From contig VFZL01000022.1 in NCBI GenBank assembly GCA_016871175.1, positions 4,533-68,532 of the forward strand: 64,000 bases of DNA. Direction: 5' to 3'. The position numbers were made by a program, and so were the translations under genes. Position 1 is the stretch's first letter; the number at the start of each line of letters is the position of its first letter. The notes beneath the pieces are model-generated. The model made no database searches, had not been told where the DNA came from, and saw only the letters and a list, made by a program, of their open reading frames with translations. This stretch comes from Acidimicrobiia bacterium (lineage in GTDB: Bacteria > Acidobacteriota > Vicinamibacteria > Vicinamibacterales > CAVVIG01). Of this stretch, positions 49,427 through 59,086 are shown piece after piece.

Positions 49427-51065
49427 AGACGACCGAACCGCCGCTGCCGCTCGTGGGGCAATCCTTCGCGGCGGATCCCATCGCCTTCATGAAGGTTGAC
49501 AGCGGCACCGGCCGACCGTGCACGGGCGCAAGAGTCGCCACGTCGAGGTTTAGCGTCTTCATCGTCCGGTAGAGCGTGGTCATGGCCTGAGTCGGCGAGG
49601 CGGTGGGCGCCTCGTGCGTGTCGAAGAGATTCGCCTGGATGAGAATCCGATCGGCGGGCAGGTACGCCATCGCCATGCCCTCGACGTGCCGAAGAGGTTG
49701 GACATAGAAGACGTGCATTGAGCGTGTCCCGTCAGTGATCACGTATCGTTCGTTGAAGCTCTCGTAGTTGTAGCCCTCCGCCAGCTCGGTCGGTGGCCAC
49801 AGCGACACCATGTCGGGCGCGACAGTGCGAGGGCGGTAGTTCAGTACGTCGCGGTTCAGGAAGTTGATGTTCTTGCGCTGTGTGACGATCGTCGCGCCGA
49901 TGTGGAGGTACGTGCGGATGCCGCCGATGTGATCGAAGTGCTGGTGCGAGTTGACGAGGTAACGGATCGGCTTGTTCGGCACGCGGCGCACGAGCTCTTC
50001 GATCACAGCCAAGCTGCGCGCTTCGCTGGTCGGGGCCTCGAACACAGCCATGAAGTCCTTGAACTCCACGCCGATGCTGTTCGCAGGCCCGCCGCCCAAG
50101 AGAAAGACGCCCGGGGCGAGCGTATCGACGGTCACTGCGGGCGCCGCGTAGGGCGTCCGACGCACGCTTTCGGGGACAGCGACCGAATCCGGACACACGT
50201 TCGGTTCGACCTTCGCGAACGTGCCACCGAAGGCGTTGTGCCCGGCGGACACATTGTCGAAGCCGTAGTTGTCGTCCCACCCTTGATGTGAGTGCCAGGC
50301 CGTCGGCCACTTGACGTTGCCGAAAGGTTGTTGGTTCGTCGATTCGTGTTCGTAGTTGAAGTCGCCCAGCGCGGGCTCGGCGACCATCGTGTGGATCCGC
50401 TGAATCTGGTTCTGCTGATTGATGGTCGCGTCGATGCGGTACTTCCCGACGGTGATCGTCACGACGTGGACCTTCTGCGGAATCGTCGTCGGACCGTCAC
50501 GCCCCATCTCGCCGAGCTCCCACCGCCACACGGCTTTGGGGTTGGCACCTGGGAGACGAGCGGCCTTGACGAACCCATGCGGGTTCATCCAAATCTCGAG
50601 CTGACCACGTTCGACGTCCTCCGGTGACATGCGGACCGGCGGCGCGCCCATCCCGTCGATGTGCCAGCCATCGTTGCCGTTCACGATGAAGGTCTGATGG
50701 GCGTTCTTTTGGGTGGGCGTGCCGTCCTGCCAGCCCAGACCGTATTTCCACGACGCGGGGTTGAGACCGGGCTTGCGGTCGAATTCTTCCTTGATCGTGC
50801 GCGTCTCGAAATTGATCGACCGCGTGTAGTTGGCCAGGGTGTCAATGCGCGGCCAGTCCACGTTCGGCGCCGACTCGAACGCCTGGCCGACGGCGCCGGC
50901 ATAGCCGGTGCCGGAGAACGTGATGCACCGGAGATTCGCCTCGCCGATCTCAGCGGCAGCGGCCGCCAGCACAGGCGAAGGATCGACGTAGCCTGGTGTG
51001 AACGGCTGTGCAAGCCCGACAACGGACACTAGCCCTGCAAAGGCTAACCCAATCGTGGCTTTCAT
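49410..51065 (-). CDS. Secreted MBL-fold metallo-hydrolase
   Basis: Signal peptide, SHQHFDHIGG, PVHG. Confidence 0.82.
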   Translation of the reverse strand: MKATIGLAFAGLVSVVGLAQPFTPGYVDPSPVLAAAAAEIGEANLRCITFSGTGYAGAVGQAFESAPNVDWPRIDTLANYTRSINFETRTIKEEFDRKPGLNPASWKYGLGWQDGTPTQKNAHQTFIVNGNDGWHIDGMGAPPVRMSPEDVERGQLEIWMNPHGFVKAARLPGANPKAVWRWELGEMGRDGPTTIPQKVHVVTITVGKYRIDATINQQNQIQRIHTMVAEPALGDFNYEHESTNQQPFGNVKWPTAWHSHQGWDDNYGFDNVSAGHNAFGGTFAKVEPNVCPDSVAVPESVRRTPYAAPAVTVDTLAPGVFLLGGGPANSIGVEFKDFMAVFEAPTSEARSLAVIEELVRRVPNKPIRYLVNSHQHFDHIGGIRTYLHIGATIVTQRKNINFLNRDVLNYRPRTVAPDMVSLWPPTELAEGYNYESFNERYVITDGTRSMHVFYVQPLRHVEGMAMAYLPADRILIQANLFDTHEAPTASPTQAMTTLYRTMKTLNLDVATLAPVHGRPVPLSTFMKAMGSAAKDCPTSGSGGSVVWQPCK

Positions 51066-51123
51066 AGTGCGCCGATTCTGACACGGAACGGGCTACATAG
51101 AATGGTGTACCTTTAATCACCCG

Positions 51124-51501
51124 ATGACCGAGGCCGAGGTTGCCCAGACGCTCCTCAGGCATGCTGAGAATTTCTTTCCCAAGGCGTGCCCCACGTGCCA
51201 GCGCCGCTTCACGAGCCTCCATGAGTACGTGAGGCTGACCACCCCCGTCGGTCCGTGCGTCTCGTATGACGTGGAGTCCACCCGGCGCACGACCGCCATC
51301 GGGACGCTGGCCCTTGCCAATAGCCCCTGTGGCAATACACTCTCCTTGACCACCGACGGACTGGCGATCGAAACCCGCGTGCGCCTCCTGGAGTGGGTGA
51401 GAGCCGAGGCGGCCCGGCGCGGCGTGAGCCATACCATCGTGCTGTCCGACCTGCGAGTCAAGATGCGTGCGTTGATACGCGACGGTGAACCGGAGCCATG
51501 A
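51124..51501 (+). CDS. Small Cys-containing hypothetical protein
   Basis: FPKACPTC and PCGNTL; ATGA overlap with the next gene. Confidence 0.6.
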   Translation: MTEAEVAQTLLRHAENFFPKACPTCQRRFTSLHEYVRLTTPVGPCVSYDVESTRRTTAIGTLALANSPCGNTLSLTTDGLAIETRVRLLEWVRAEAARRGVSHTIVLSDLRVKMRALIRDGEPEP

Positions 51502-52106
51502 ACAGACCTCTACAAGGCGCGATGCTCATCGCATTGGGGGCCGTCATCGGGGGTCTTGCGGTGTCACAGTGGGATGCGCGTCTCGCACCGTCGACGACGG
51601 TCGCGGGCCAGACCGCGGCGACCCCGTCGGGAGGTGCGAGTCACGCGGTGCCTCCGGCGGAAGGAACGCTCGAGGCGGACGTCGCGGCGTTGAAGGACGC
51701 TCGCCCTTCGCAATCGCACGCGATGATGGACGTCGGGTATCAGTTCGCGAACCTGTGGTTCGCGGCCGAGAAGACGAACTGGCCGCTCGCGCGCTTCTAC
51801 TTCAACGAGACGCGGAGCCACATCCGCTGGACGATCCGGCTCCGTCCCATTCGGAAACACCCTGACGGCAGCCCCGTCGACTTGAAGGCCATCTACGACG
51901 CCATCGAAACGAGCTCGATGGAGACGTTGAAGCAAGCCATCGAAGCCAAGGACTCGACGAAGTTCGTGTCGGCGTACAGGCTGATGATGGAGTCCTGCTA
52001 CGCCTGTCACAAGGCGAACGGGTTCGATTACCTCCGCCCGCAGGTGCCGACGCGGCCGCCGCAGACCGTCATCAACTACGATCCGAACGCGACTTGGCCG
52101 CAGTAG
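51498..52106 (+). CDS. Helical c-type cytochrome-like protein (class II-like)
   Basis: Signal/TM, HAMM, C-terminal CYACH. Confidence 0.7.
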   Translation: MNRPLQGAMLIALGAVIGGLAVSQWDARLAPSTTVAGQTAATPSGGASHAVPPAEGTLEADVAALKDARPSQSHAMMDVGYQFANLWFAAEKTNWPLARFYFNETRSHIRWTIRLRPIRKHPDGSPVDLKAIYDAIETSSMETLKQAIEAKDSTKFVSAYRLMMESCYACHKANGFDYLRPQVPTRPPQTVINYDPNATWPQ

Positions 52107-52113
52107 GCCTACG

Positions 52114-52692
52114 GTGCCGACCAGTCCGTTCGATCGGATTCTGGTGATTGCCGCGACGAGGGCAGAGCTGGCTGCGGGGGGCGACTGGCTGACCGAGTGC
52201 TGCGGGGTAGGGCCTGTCGACGCTGCGGCCGCGGCGGCCTGTGCGATCGCCAACCATCGCCCAGCGGCTGTGGTGCATGTCGGCATTGCGGGCGCTCGCC
52301 GCGCATCCTCCTTACGCCCGCGCGATCTCGTCATCGGCACGGAGTCCCTCTACTGCGACCTCGACGTGCCCGAGCGATTCGCACCACGCCGACTCGTGAC
52401 GAGCACCGCGCTGGTCGCTGCCGCAGGCCGCGCACTACCAGCTGCCGCTCGCTGTGCCATCGGGACGAGTGGTCGCGTGGGCGGCACGACAGGGTGCGAC
52501 GTCGAGGCGATGGAGGGGTTCGCCGTGTTGCGCGCCGCGGCGCTCGCCGGCGTGCCGGCCATCGAGGTCCGCGCGATTGCGAACGCCATCGAGGAGGCCG
52601 ATCGGGCGCGGTGGCGCTTCGACGAGGCCTTTGCCGCCATTGTGACCGCGACGCCGTCCCTGGTCAGAGAGATCGCGGCATGCGTGACCTGA
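52114..52692 (+). CDS. mqnB: Futalosine hydrolase (PNP/UDP family)
   Basis: GVGPV.AA, GIAG, EAMEG, EVRAIAN, W.F..A; adjacent to mqnD. Confidence 0.75.
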   Translation: MPTSPFDRILVIAATRAELAAGGDWLTECCGVGPVDAAAAAACAIANHRPAAVVHVGIAGARRASSLRPRDLVIGTESLYCDLDVPERFAPRRLVTSTALVAAAGRALPAAARCAIGTSGRVGGTTGCDVEAMEGFAVLRAAALAGVPAIEVRAIANAIEEADRARWRFDEAFAAIVTATPSLVREIAACVT

Positions 52693-53465
52693 CCTTCGGC
52701 TTTTCGCCGTGCCCGAACGACACGTTTGCATTCCACGCCCTGGTACACGGGCTCGTAGATGCACCATTTCGGGTGCGGCCCGTGCTGCTCGACATCGAAG
52801 AGCTCAATCGCCAGGCTCACGACGGAGCCCTCGATCTCACTAAGCTGAGCGTTGGCGCGTTCGCTGCAGTCGGCAACCGCTACCGGCTCTTGCGGAGCGG
52901 CGCCGCGCTTGGACGCGGAGTCGGGCCGCTGGTGGTGGCACGAACGCCTCGCCTGCTCGAAGACGCCGTCCGTGGCACCGTGGCGATCCCTGGGCGAGAA
53001 ACCACGGCGTTTCGGCTGCTGCGACTGGCGGCGCCGTCATTGAAGTCGGTCGTCGAGCTGCGATACGACCGGATTCTCGGCGCGGTCGAGCGCGGCGAGA
53101 TGGACGCCGGGCTGATCATCCACGAGAGCCGCTTCACGTATCAGGATCACGGCCTCGTCAAGATTGTCGACCTGGGCGACTGGTGGGAGCGCGAAACGCG
53201 GCTGCCCGTGCCACTGGCGGGCATCTGCGCGCGATCGGACCTCGACGACGGACTTGTTGCCGCTGCCGAGCGCGCGATCCGGGAATCGGTGGCGTACGGG
53301 TTCGCCCATCGGGACGCGAGCCGCGCGTACGTTCGCGCGCATTCGCAGGAAATGTCGGACGTCGTCTGCGATGCGCATATCAACTTGTACGTGAATGAGT
53401 ACAGCCTAGACATTAGTGACGAAGGGCTGCGCGCGATTCAGCGGCTCGTCGCTCAGGCTACGTAG
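52680..53465 (+). CDS. mqnD: 1,4-dihydroxy-6-naphthoate synthase
   Basis: SPCPNDTF, GAALGRGVGP, IIHESRFTY, HINLYVN. Confidence 0.93.
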   Translation: MRDLTFGFSPCPNDTFAFHALVHGLVDAPFRVRPVLLDIEELNRQAHDGALDLTKLSVGAFAAVGNRYRLLRSGAALGRGVGPLVVARTPRLLEDAVRGTVAIPGRETTAFRLLRLAAPSLKSVVELRYDRILGAVERGEMDAGLIIHESRFTYQDHGLVKIVDLGDWWERETRLPVPLAGICARSDLDDGLVAAAERAIRESVAYGFAHRDASRAYVRAHSQEMSDVVCDAHINLYVNEYSLDISDEGLRAIQRLVAQAT

Positions 53466-53528
53466 GCGACGGGACGAGCCGGCCCGCTCCTCGCTGCGCA
53501 CTGGTCTGCCGCCTGCTACGATTGGCGC

Positions 53529-54044
53529 ATGACGTCGGAGCGGCTGACCTATCAGCCAGTGTCCGCAGCCTACGTCGACTCATTTCACTCGCTGATCCAG
53601 GATGCGCATGTCAGGCAGTACCTGTGCGATGGCAATGTATTTCCCCGCGAGTGGAGCGAGGAGCGGGTGCGCGACAGCAGTGCGCTCTTCGAGAGCGGAG
53701 GCGTGGGTCTCTGGCTCGCCTACGACACGTCATTGGACGAGCTCGTGGGGTTCTGTGGCTTCCTTGTTTTCCCGTCGCTCTCCGTGGAACCGCAGCTCGT
53801 CTACGCGATGTTCGAGCGATGGACGGGCCGGGGGTACGCCACGGAAATGGCGCGCGCTGCGATCGCCGAGGCACGCACCCATCCTGGGTTCGACGCGATC
53901 TTGGCTGGTGTCGACGCGGTGAATGCCGCGTCGGTCCGAGTCCTGGTGAAGCTGGGGTTCCGACCAATCTCGTCGCAACCGGGAGCCTTCGGCGAGACCG
54001 TGCTCATGGGGCTCGACACGCACCCGCTTCGGTCGCCGGGCTAG
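53529..54044 (+). CDS. GNAT N-acetyltransferase (RimJ/RimL-like)
   Basis: SERL, GRGYATE, NAASVRVLVKLGF. Confidence 0.88.
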   Translation: MTSERLTYQPVSAAYVDSFHSLIQDAHVRQYLCDGNVFPREWSEERVRDSSALFESGGVGLWLAYDTSLDELVGFCGFLVFPSLSVEPQLVYAMFERWTGRGYATEMARAAIAEARTHPGFDAILAGVDAVNAASVRVLVKLGFRPISSQPGAFGETVLMGLDTHPLRSPG

Positions 54045-54084
54045 CGCGCGCCGCCCACCGCTCTTTGACCGCGGATGCGGGTGC

Positions 54085-54879
54085 TCAACGGAAGCGATCC
54101 TCGAGCCACGCAACGCCGAAGTCGATCAGCTGTGGCCCATCGAGCAGGGTCGCCGGCGCCTGACCGACCGGACCTACCGTACCGCGCCCTGATGCCAGAA
54201 AGGCGCGCGCGATCTGCGCGAAGCAATCCTGCGGAAGCCGATCGTTCACCGGCTCCGACGTATCGAACTCTTCGAAGGTGATCCACTGGGGGCCATCGGG
54301 TCCCGGCATCAGACGCCGGTACGTGACGATCCGCTTGTCCGGAATGCGCGCACGGTGCTCCGCGTGGTGAAGCAAGGTGATGGTGTCGAGAGGGGCCCCG
54401 AGTATCAGCACGTTCCCGTTGACCTCGATCACCCGCGCGAACGGAGTGCCCTCACCGTATCCGTAGCGGAACGGATGGTCCTTGACAATCCACTGGGCCC
54501 GAGGGCCCAGCGCGACGACCCCAGCGTCGGGATGATCGCTCCTGAGGGCACCGGGCCAGACACGCAGGGCTTCGTGGAGAACGCCGTGATCGCGCGCGGC
54601 GTGCGCGAGGCGCTTGTCGAACACGGGAACCTCGGGATCGCCGTCCTCGAAGTGCGGCTCGAAGTCTACATACGCGGTCAGTGTGCCGGTCGGACCGACC
54701 GCATCGAGCAGCGCATGGACGATCGTGTTGACGCCACCCACGACAGGTCCGATTGCCCGCAAGCTGGCATGCACCATGACGACGTCGCCAGGCGTGACGC
54801 CAATCTGCCGGAGCTGCGTGGTGAGGGTCGAGCGCGTGGCGTAAACGGTCTTTGTGATCATCTGGTCCACGCGCCCCAT
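54085..54879 (-). CDS. AAC(3)-family aminoglycoside N3-acetyltransferase homolog
   Basis: VMVHASL, RSDHP, YGYGEGTP, ITLLHHAE, EFDTS. Confidence 0.88.
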   Translation of the reverse strand: MGRVDQMITKTVYATRSTLTTQLRQIGVTPGDVVMVHASLRAIGPVVGGVNTIVHALLDAVGPTGTLTAYVDFEPHFEDGDPEVPVFDKRLAHAARDHGVLHEALRVWPGALRSDHPDAGVVALGPRAQWIVKDHPFRYGYGEGTPFARVIEVNGNVLILGAPLDTITLLHHAEHRARIPDKRIVTYRRLMPGPDGPQWITFEEFDTSEPVNDRLPQDCFAQIARAFLASGRGTVGPVGQAPATLLDGPQLIDFGVAWLEDRFR

Positions 54880-54932
54880 CGTGGCATATGGGCGGCCGTT
54901 GGGCGTCCTCACGGCGCCGACGCAGATGCGCG

Positions 54933-55658
54933 TCACTGCGCGAGCACAGCCTGACACTCACGATCGATCCGCTCCGCGGCCGCGCGCGGATTGGCATCGC
55001 CGATGATCGGGCGGCCCACGACCAGATAGCTCGCGCCCGCCGACAGTGCCTGGCCGGCAGGCAGCGTTCGCTTCTGATCGCCCTTCTGGTCGCCCGCGCT
55101 GCGGATGCCGGGCGTGACGATCGCGAAGTCGGGTCCGCACGTCCCTCGAATGAGAGCGATCTCGTGAGGAGAGGCGACCACTCCGTCGAGGCCCGCCTTT
55201 TGGGCGAGGGCTGCGAGACGTTGCACCTGGTCCGCGATCGCAGACGTCACACCGACGTCAGCGAGTGCAGGTTGGTCGAAGCTCGTGAGCACCGTGACGG
55301 CGATGACCAGCGGCGCGGCCGTCGGCGCCTTGTGCGCCTCTTCCAGCGCAGCCGCCTTGGCGGCACGCATCATGTCCAGGCCGCCAGACGCGTGCACGTT
55401 GACCATCCAGACGCCGAGACGGGTCGCCGCAGCGACCGCTCCTGCCACCGTGTTCGGAATGTCGTGAAACTTGAGGTCGAGAAACAGGCGATCGCCCCGC
55501 TCAACCATTTGTCGGACCAAGGTCGGGCCGCGACTGGTGAACAGGCGGCTCCCGATCTTGTAGCCGCCGACGACACCGCGCAGACCATCGGCTAAGGCGA
55601 GCGCGTCTTCGACGGTGTCAACGTCGAGTGCCACGAGGACGGGACTGGGGGCCATCAT
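54933..55658 (-). CDS. pyrF: Orotidine-5'-phosphate decarboxylase
   Basis: VALD, DLKFHDIPNT, TPGIR, VVGRPI. Confidence 0.96.
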   Translation of the reverse strand: MMAPSPVLVALDVDTVEDALALADGLRGVVGGYKIGSRLFTSRGPTLVRQMVERGDRLFLDLKFHDIPNTVAGAVAAATRLGVWMVNVHASGGLDMMRAAKAAALEEAHKAPTAAPLVIAVTVLTSFDQPALADVGVTSAIADQVQRLAALAQKAGLDGVVASPHEIALIRGTCGPDFAIVTPGIRSAGDQKGDQKRTLPAGQALSAGASYLVVGRPIIGDANPRAAAERIDRECQAVLAQ

Positions 55659-56608
55659 TTCGCGTGCTGCACTTCATCCGCGTGCATCCGTGCGGTACCT
55701 ACCAGGTCGGCCACGCGAGCGATGCGATGCCGGGTCAGGTACTCGGTGACGCCGTCGGTGAGCTTGGACCAGATCAGCGGATCCACGAAATTCGCGGTGC
55801 CGATTTGTACCGCTGTGGACCCTGCGATGATGAACTCCAAGACGTCGTGAGCATCGCTGATGCCGCCCATGCCGATCACGGGAATCTTCACCGCCTGCTG
55901 ACACTCGTAGACCATGCGCACGGCAATCGGCCGGATCGCGGGTCCACTCAGGCCTCCCATGCCGTTCGAGATCTTCGGTCGGCGTGTCTCGACGTCTAGC
56001 GCCAGCGCGAGGAACGTGTTCACCAGCGAGACGGCATCGGCACCCGCCTCCTCTGATGCCCGCGCGAACGACGCGACATCGGTCACGTTGGGCGTGAGCT
56101 TGGGGACGAGCGGGAGGTGGGTCGCCTTTCGAACGGCCGAGACCACGTCGTGCGTGCCGATGAGGCTGCAGCCGAATTGGATGCCGCCTTCTTTGATGTT
56201 CGGGCACGAGATGTTGAGCTCGATGCCGTGCACCCCCTCTGCGTCGGATACGATCCGCGATACCTCGGCGTACTCGTCGATGGTCGTGCCGCACACATTG
56301 ACGATGACGGTGGCGCCACGGTCGCGCAACTCCGGCAATTGTTCGGCGACGAACCGCTTCGCGCCGATGCCCTGCAGGCCGATGGCATTGATCATTCCCG
56401 CGGGTGTCTCGACGACGCGCGGCGCCGGATGGCCCTCGCGCTCAGACAAGAAGAGCCCTTTCGACACGACGGCACCCAGCGTCGACAAATCCACGACATC
56501 CGCGTACTCGACGCCGTAGCCGAAGCATCCGCTGGCCGCCATGAAGGGGTTCTTCAGCGTCAGCGAACCGACGCGGACCGACAGGTCGGGCGCGAGAGTC
56601 GGCATCAT
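55655..56608 (-). CDS. pyrD: Dihydroorotate dehydrogenase 1B catalytic subunit
   Basis: ASG.FGYG, NISCPN, KLTPN, GGLSGPAI. Confidence 0.95.
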   Translation of the reverse strand: MMPTLAPDLSVRVGSLTLKNPFMAASGCFGYGVEYADVVDLSTLGAVVSKGLFLSEREGHPAPRVVETPAGMINAIGLQGIGAKRFVAEQLPELRDRGATVIVNVCGTTIDEYAEVSRIVSDAEGVHGIELNISCPNIKEGGIQFGCSLIGTHDVVSAVRKATHLPLVPKLTPNVTDVASFARASEEAGADAVSLVNTFLALALDVETRRPKISNGMGGLSGPAIRPIAVRMVYECQQAVKIPVIGMGGISDAHDVLEFIIAGSTAVQIGTANFVDPLIWSKLTDGVTEYLTRHRIARVADLVGTARMHADEVQHAK

Positions 56609-57426
56609 GGGTGCCCGTCCCACGCGATGCGGTCTCCAGCCATTACCGGACCACCGATGCACGAGCGGACGTGGTGCGGACGGCCGTCGGCGCCGATCAT
56701 CGGCACCACGCAGCTATAGCAGCCGCCGAGGCCGCAGCCCATGATGCGCTCGACGGACACCTCGCACGGCGTCCGGTGCTTCAACGCAACTTTGGCGGTG
56801 GCCTCGAGCATCCCCTCCGGTCCGCACGCGTACACCATGGTCTGAGCGCCGGCCGGTCGAGCCCCAAGGGCGCGGTCGAACGGGGTCACGACGCGGCCCC
56901 GTTCGCCGCGGCTCCCGTCCTCAGTCGAGAGCACGAGCCGGACGCCGAGCTGCTCGAAGAAGTCCAGGTAGAAGAGCTCTGCGGCGCCGCGTGCGCCATA
57001 GAACAACGTGACATCCACGCCGCGCGCCCGAAGGTCTTGCGCGAGGACCGCGAACGGCGCCAAGCCGACGCCACCCGCGACGAGCCACGCGTCGACCGGC
57101 GGGCTCACGTGCGTGAACGAGGTGCCGAGCGGTCCGAGGATCGACACGAGTTGTCCCGGTCGGGCCTGGAAGAGCAGATTCGTCGACACCCCCGCGCGCT
57201 TGTTGAGGATCGAGAAGCCCGTGGCCGTCCCCGACGAATCGCGGAAGACCTCGAAGACGGAGAACGGCCGGCGTAAGAGCGGATCGTGACCCTCTCGGGC
57301 CTTGATCATCACGAACTGCCCGGCCGCTGTCGTTGCAGCAATGGCCGGCGCCGCGAACGCGAGGACGTTGTAGTGAGGGGAGAGGGGCGTGTTGGCCGTG
57401 ACTTGCGCGACCAGATCGACGGGCAC
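56605..57426 (-). CDS. pyrK: Dihydroorotate dehydrogenase electron-transfer subunit
   Basis: [27 protein letters not shown]...C..GPV. Confidence 0.93.
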   Translation of the reverse strand: MPVDLVAQVTANTPLSPHYNVLAFAAPAIAATTAAGQFVMIKAREGHDPLLRRPFSVFEVFRDSSGTATGFSILNKRAGVSTNLLFQARPGQLVSILGPLGTSFTHVSPPVDAWLVAGGVGLAPFAVLAQDLRARGVDVTLFYGARGAAELFYLDFFEQLGVRLVLSTEDGSRGERGRVVTPFDRALGARPAGAQTMVYACGPEGMLEATAKVALKHRTPCEVSVERIMGCGLGGCYSCVVPMIGADGRPHHVRSCIGGPVMAGDRIAWDGHP

Positions 57427-57477
57427 GGAGCCAGTATATCGAAGATCGATTTTGGATTTCAGGCTATACTGCGACAG

Positions 57478-57511
57478 CTCTTTAAGAGCGCTCCAGCGAG
57501 AGCGCGAAGAG
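57478..57511 (+). promoter_or_regulatory. PyrR-binding RNA stem-loop
   Basis: CTCTTTAA-GAGCGCTCCAGCGAGAGCGC-GAAGAG resembles the CUUUAA/UCCnGnGAG consensus; just after TATACT (57465-57470). Confidence 0.75.
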
Positions 57512-57633
57512 GTGCTCATGCCGGCATCGTCCGTTCGCCTTCGCTCACGTCCTTCCTGTCCGTTTTCGAGTCCCACATTGCGGTGCTCGTCTTGGCGCGG
57601 CGTCGCACTCGCGTGGCCGTTGGAGGGTTCGCC

Positions 57634-58164
57634 ATGGCCGTGGTGATGGACGCCGACCGCATGAGCCGCACGCTCACGCGGATTGCGCACGAGATTCTCG
57701 AGCGCAACCGCGGACTCGACGAGCTCGCCCTCGTCGGTATCCGCAGGCGCGGCGTCCCCCTGGCGAAGCGGATCGCCCAGGCGATTCGCGAGATCAACGG
57801 CCACGAGGTCCCCACCGGGACGCTCGACATCACGCTGTACCGCGATGACCTGATGCGTCACGCCGTCGGCTCACAGCCGGTGATTCGCCGAACCGAGATC
57901 CCCTTCTCGATTGACGACAAGCGGATCCTTCTCGTGGACGACGTGTTGTATACAGGGCGAACGATTCGCGCGGCACTCGATGCCCTCATCGAGTTCGGGC
58001 GTCCCAAGTCTATCCAGCTCATCGTCCTCGTGGATCGCGGCCATCGCGAACTGCCGATCAAGGCCGATTACGTCGGCAAGAATCTCCCGACCTCCTCAAA
58101 CCAAAGCGTCCAAGTGCACCTCATGGAAGTCGATGGTCGAGACGAAGTGGAGATCGAGGGATGA
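57634..58164 (+). CDS. pyrR: Pyrimidine regulator/UPRTase
   Basis: [36 protein letters not shown]. Confidence 0.96.
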   Translation: MAVVMDADRMSRTLTRIAHEILERNRGLDELALVGIRRRGVPLAKRIAQAIREINGHEVPTGTLDITLYRDDLMRHAVGSQPVIRRTEIPFSIDDKRILLVDDVLYTGRTIRAALDALIEFGRPKSIQLIVLVDRGHRELPIKADYVGKNLPTSSNQSVQVHLMEVDGRDEVEIEG

Positions 58165-59084
58165 AGAAGGACCTCCTCAGCATCGACGATCTCACCCGTG
58201 ACGAAATCTACACGGTGCTCGACACGGCTGACGCGATGCGGGAAATCGGCGAGCGGCCCATCAAGAAGGTCCCGACGCTGCGCGGCAAGACGGTCGTGAA
58301 CCTCTTCTACGAGCCGAGCACGCGGACACGGACGTCGTTCGAGATCGCCGAGAAGCGATTGAGCGCGGACACGCTCAATATCGCGGTCGCCGCCTCGAGC
58401 GTCAGCAAGGGCGAGACCCTGGCCGACACGGCGCTGAACATCGAGGCGATGGCTCCGGACATGATCGTCCTCCGTCACGCTTCGTCGGGCGCGGGGCACT
58501 TGCTTGGGCGCATCTGCAAGTCCCGTATCATCAACGCCGGCGACGGTATGCACGAGCATCCGACCCAAGCACTGCTCGATGCGTTCACGATTCGACGCCA
58601 CAAGGGCGGCATCGAACGCCTCAAGGTCGCCATCGTCGGCGACCTGCTGCACAGTCGCGTGCTGCGGTCTAACGTCTTGCTGCTGACGAAGCTCGGCGCC
58701 GACGTGTGGGTCTGCGGACCACCGACGCTGGTGCCTGCTGGCATCGAGCGCCTGGGCGTTCGCGTGAGCTTCAAGCTGAATGAGGCCGTGGCCGATGCCG
58801 ATGTGATCATGATGCTCCGCATCCAGCAGGAACGGATGCAGGGCGGGTTCTTCCCGTCGCTCCGCGAGTACTTCAATGTGTTCGGACTGACACGCGAGCG
58901 TGTGGGCCGCGCGAGACCCGACGTGATCATCATGCATCCCGGTCCGATGAACCGTGGCGTCGAGATCGCGTCCGAGGTGGCGGACGGTCCGTACTCGGTG
59001 ATTCTCGAACAGGTGGCCAATGGTGTGTCGGTTCGGATGGCGGTGCTGTACTTACTGGCTGGCGGCGTAGAGGAGATGGACTAG
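58161..59084 (+). CDS. pyrB: Aspartate carbamoyltransferase
   Basis: [23 protein letters not shown]. Confidence 0.97.
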   Translation: MKKDLLSIDDLTRDEIYTVLDTADAMREIGERPIKKVPTLRGKTVVNLFYEPSTRTRTSFEIAEKRLSADTLNIAVAASSVSKGETLADTALNIEAMAPDMIVLRHASSGAGHLLGRICKSRIINAGDGMHEHPTQALLDAFTIRRHKGGIERLKVAIVGDLLHSRVLRSNVLLLTKLGADVWVCGPPTLVPAGIERLGVRVSFKLNEAVADADVIMMLRIQQERMQGGFFPSLREYFNVFGLTRERVGRARPDVIIMHPGPMNRGVEIASEVADGPYSVILEQVANGVSVRMAVLYLLAGGVEEMD

Positions 59085-59086
59085 TC

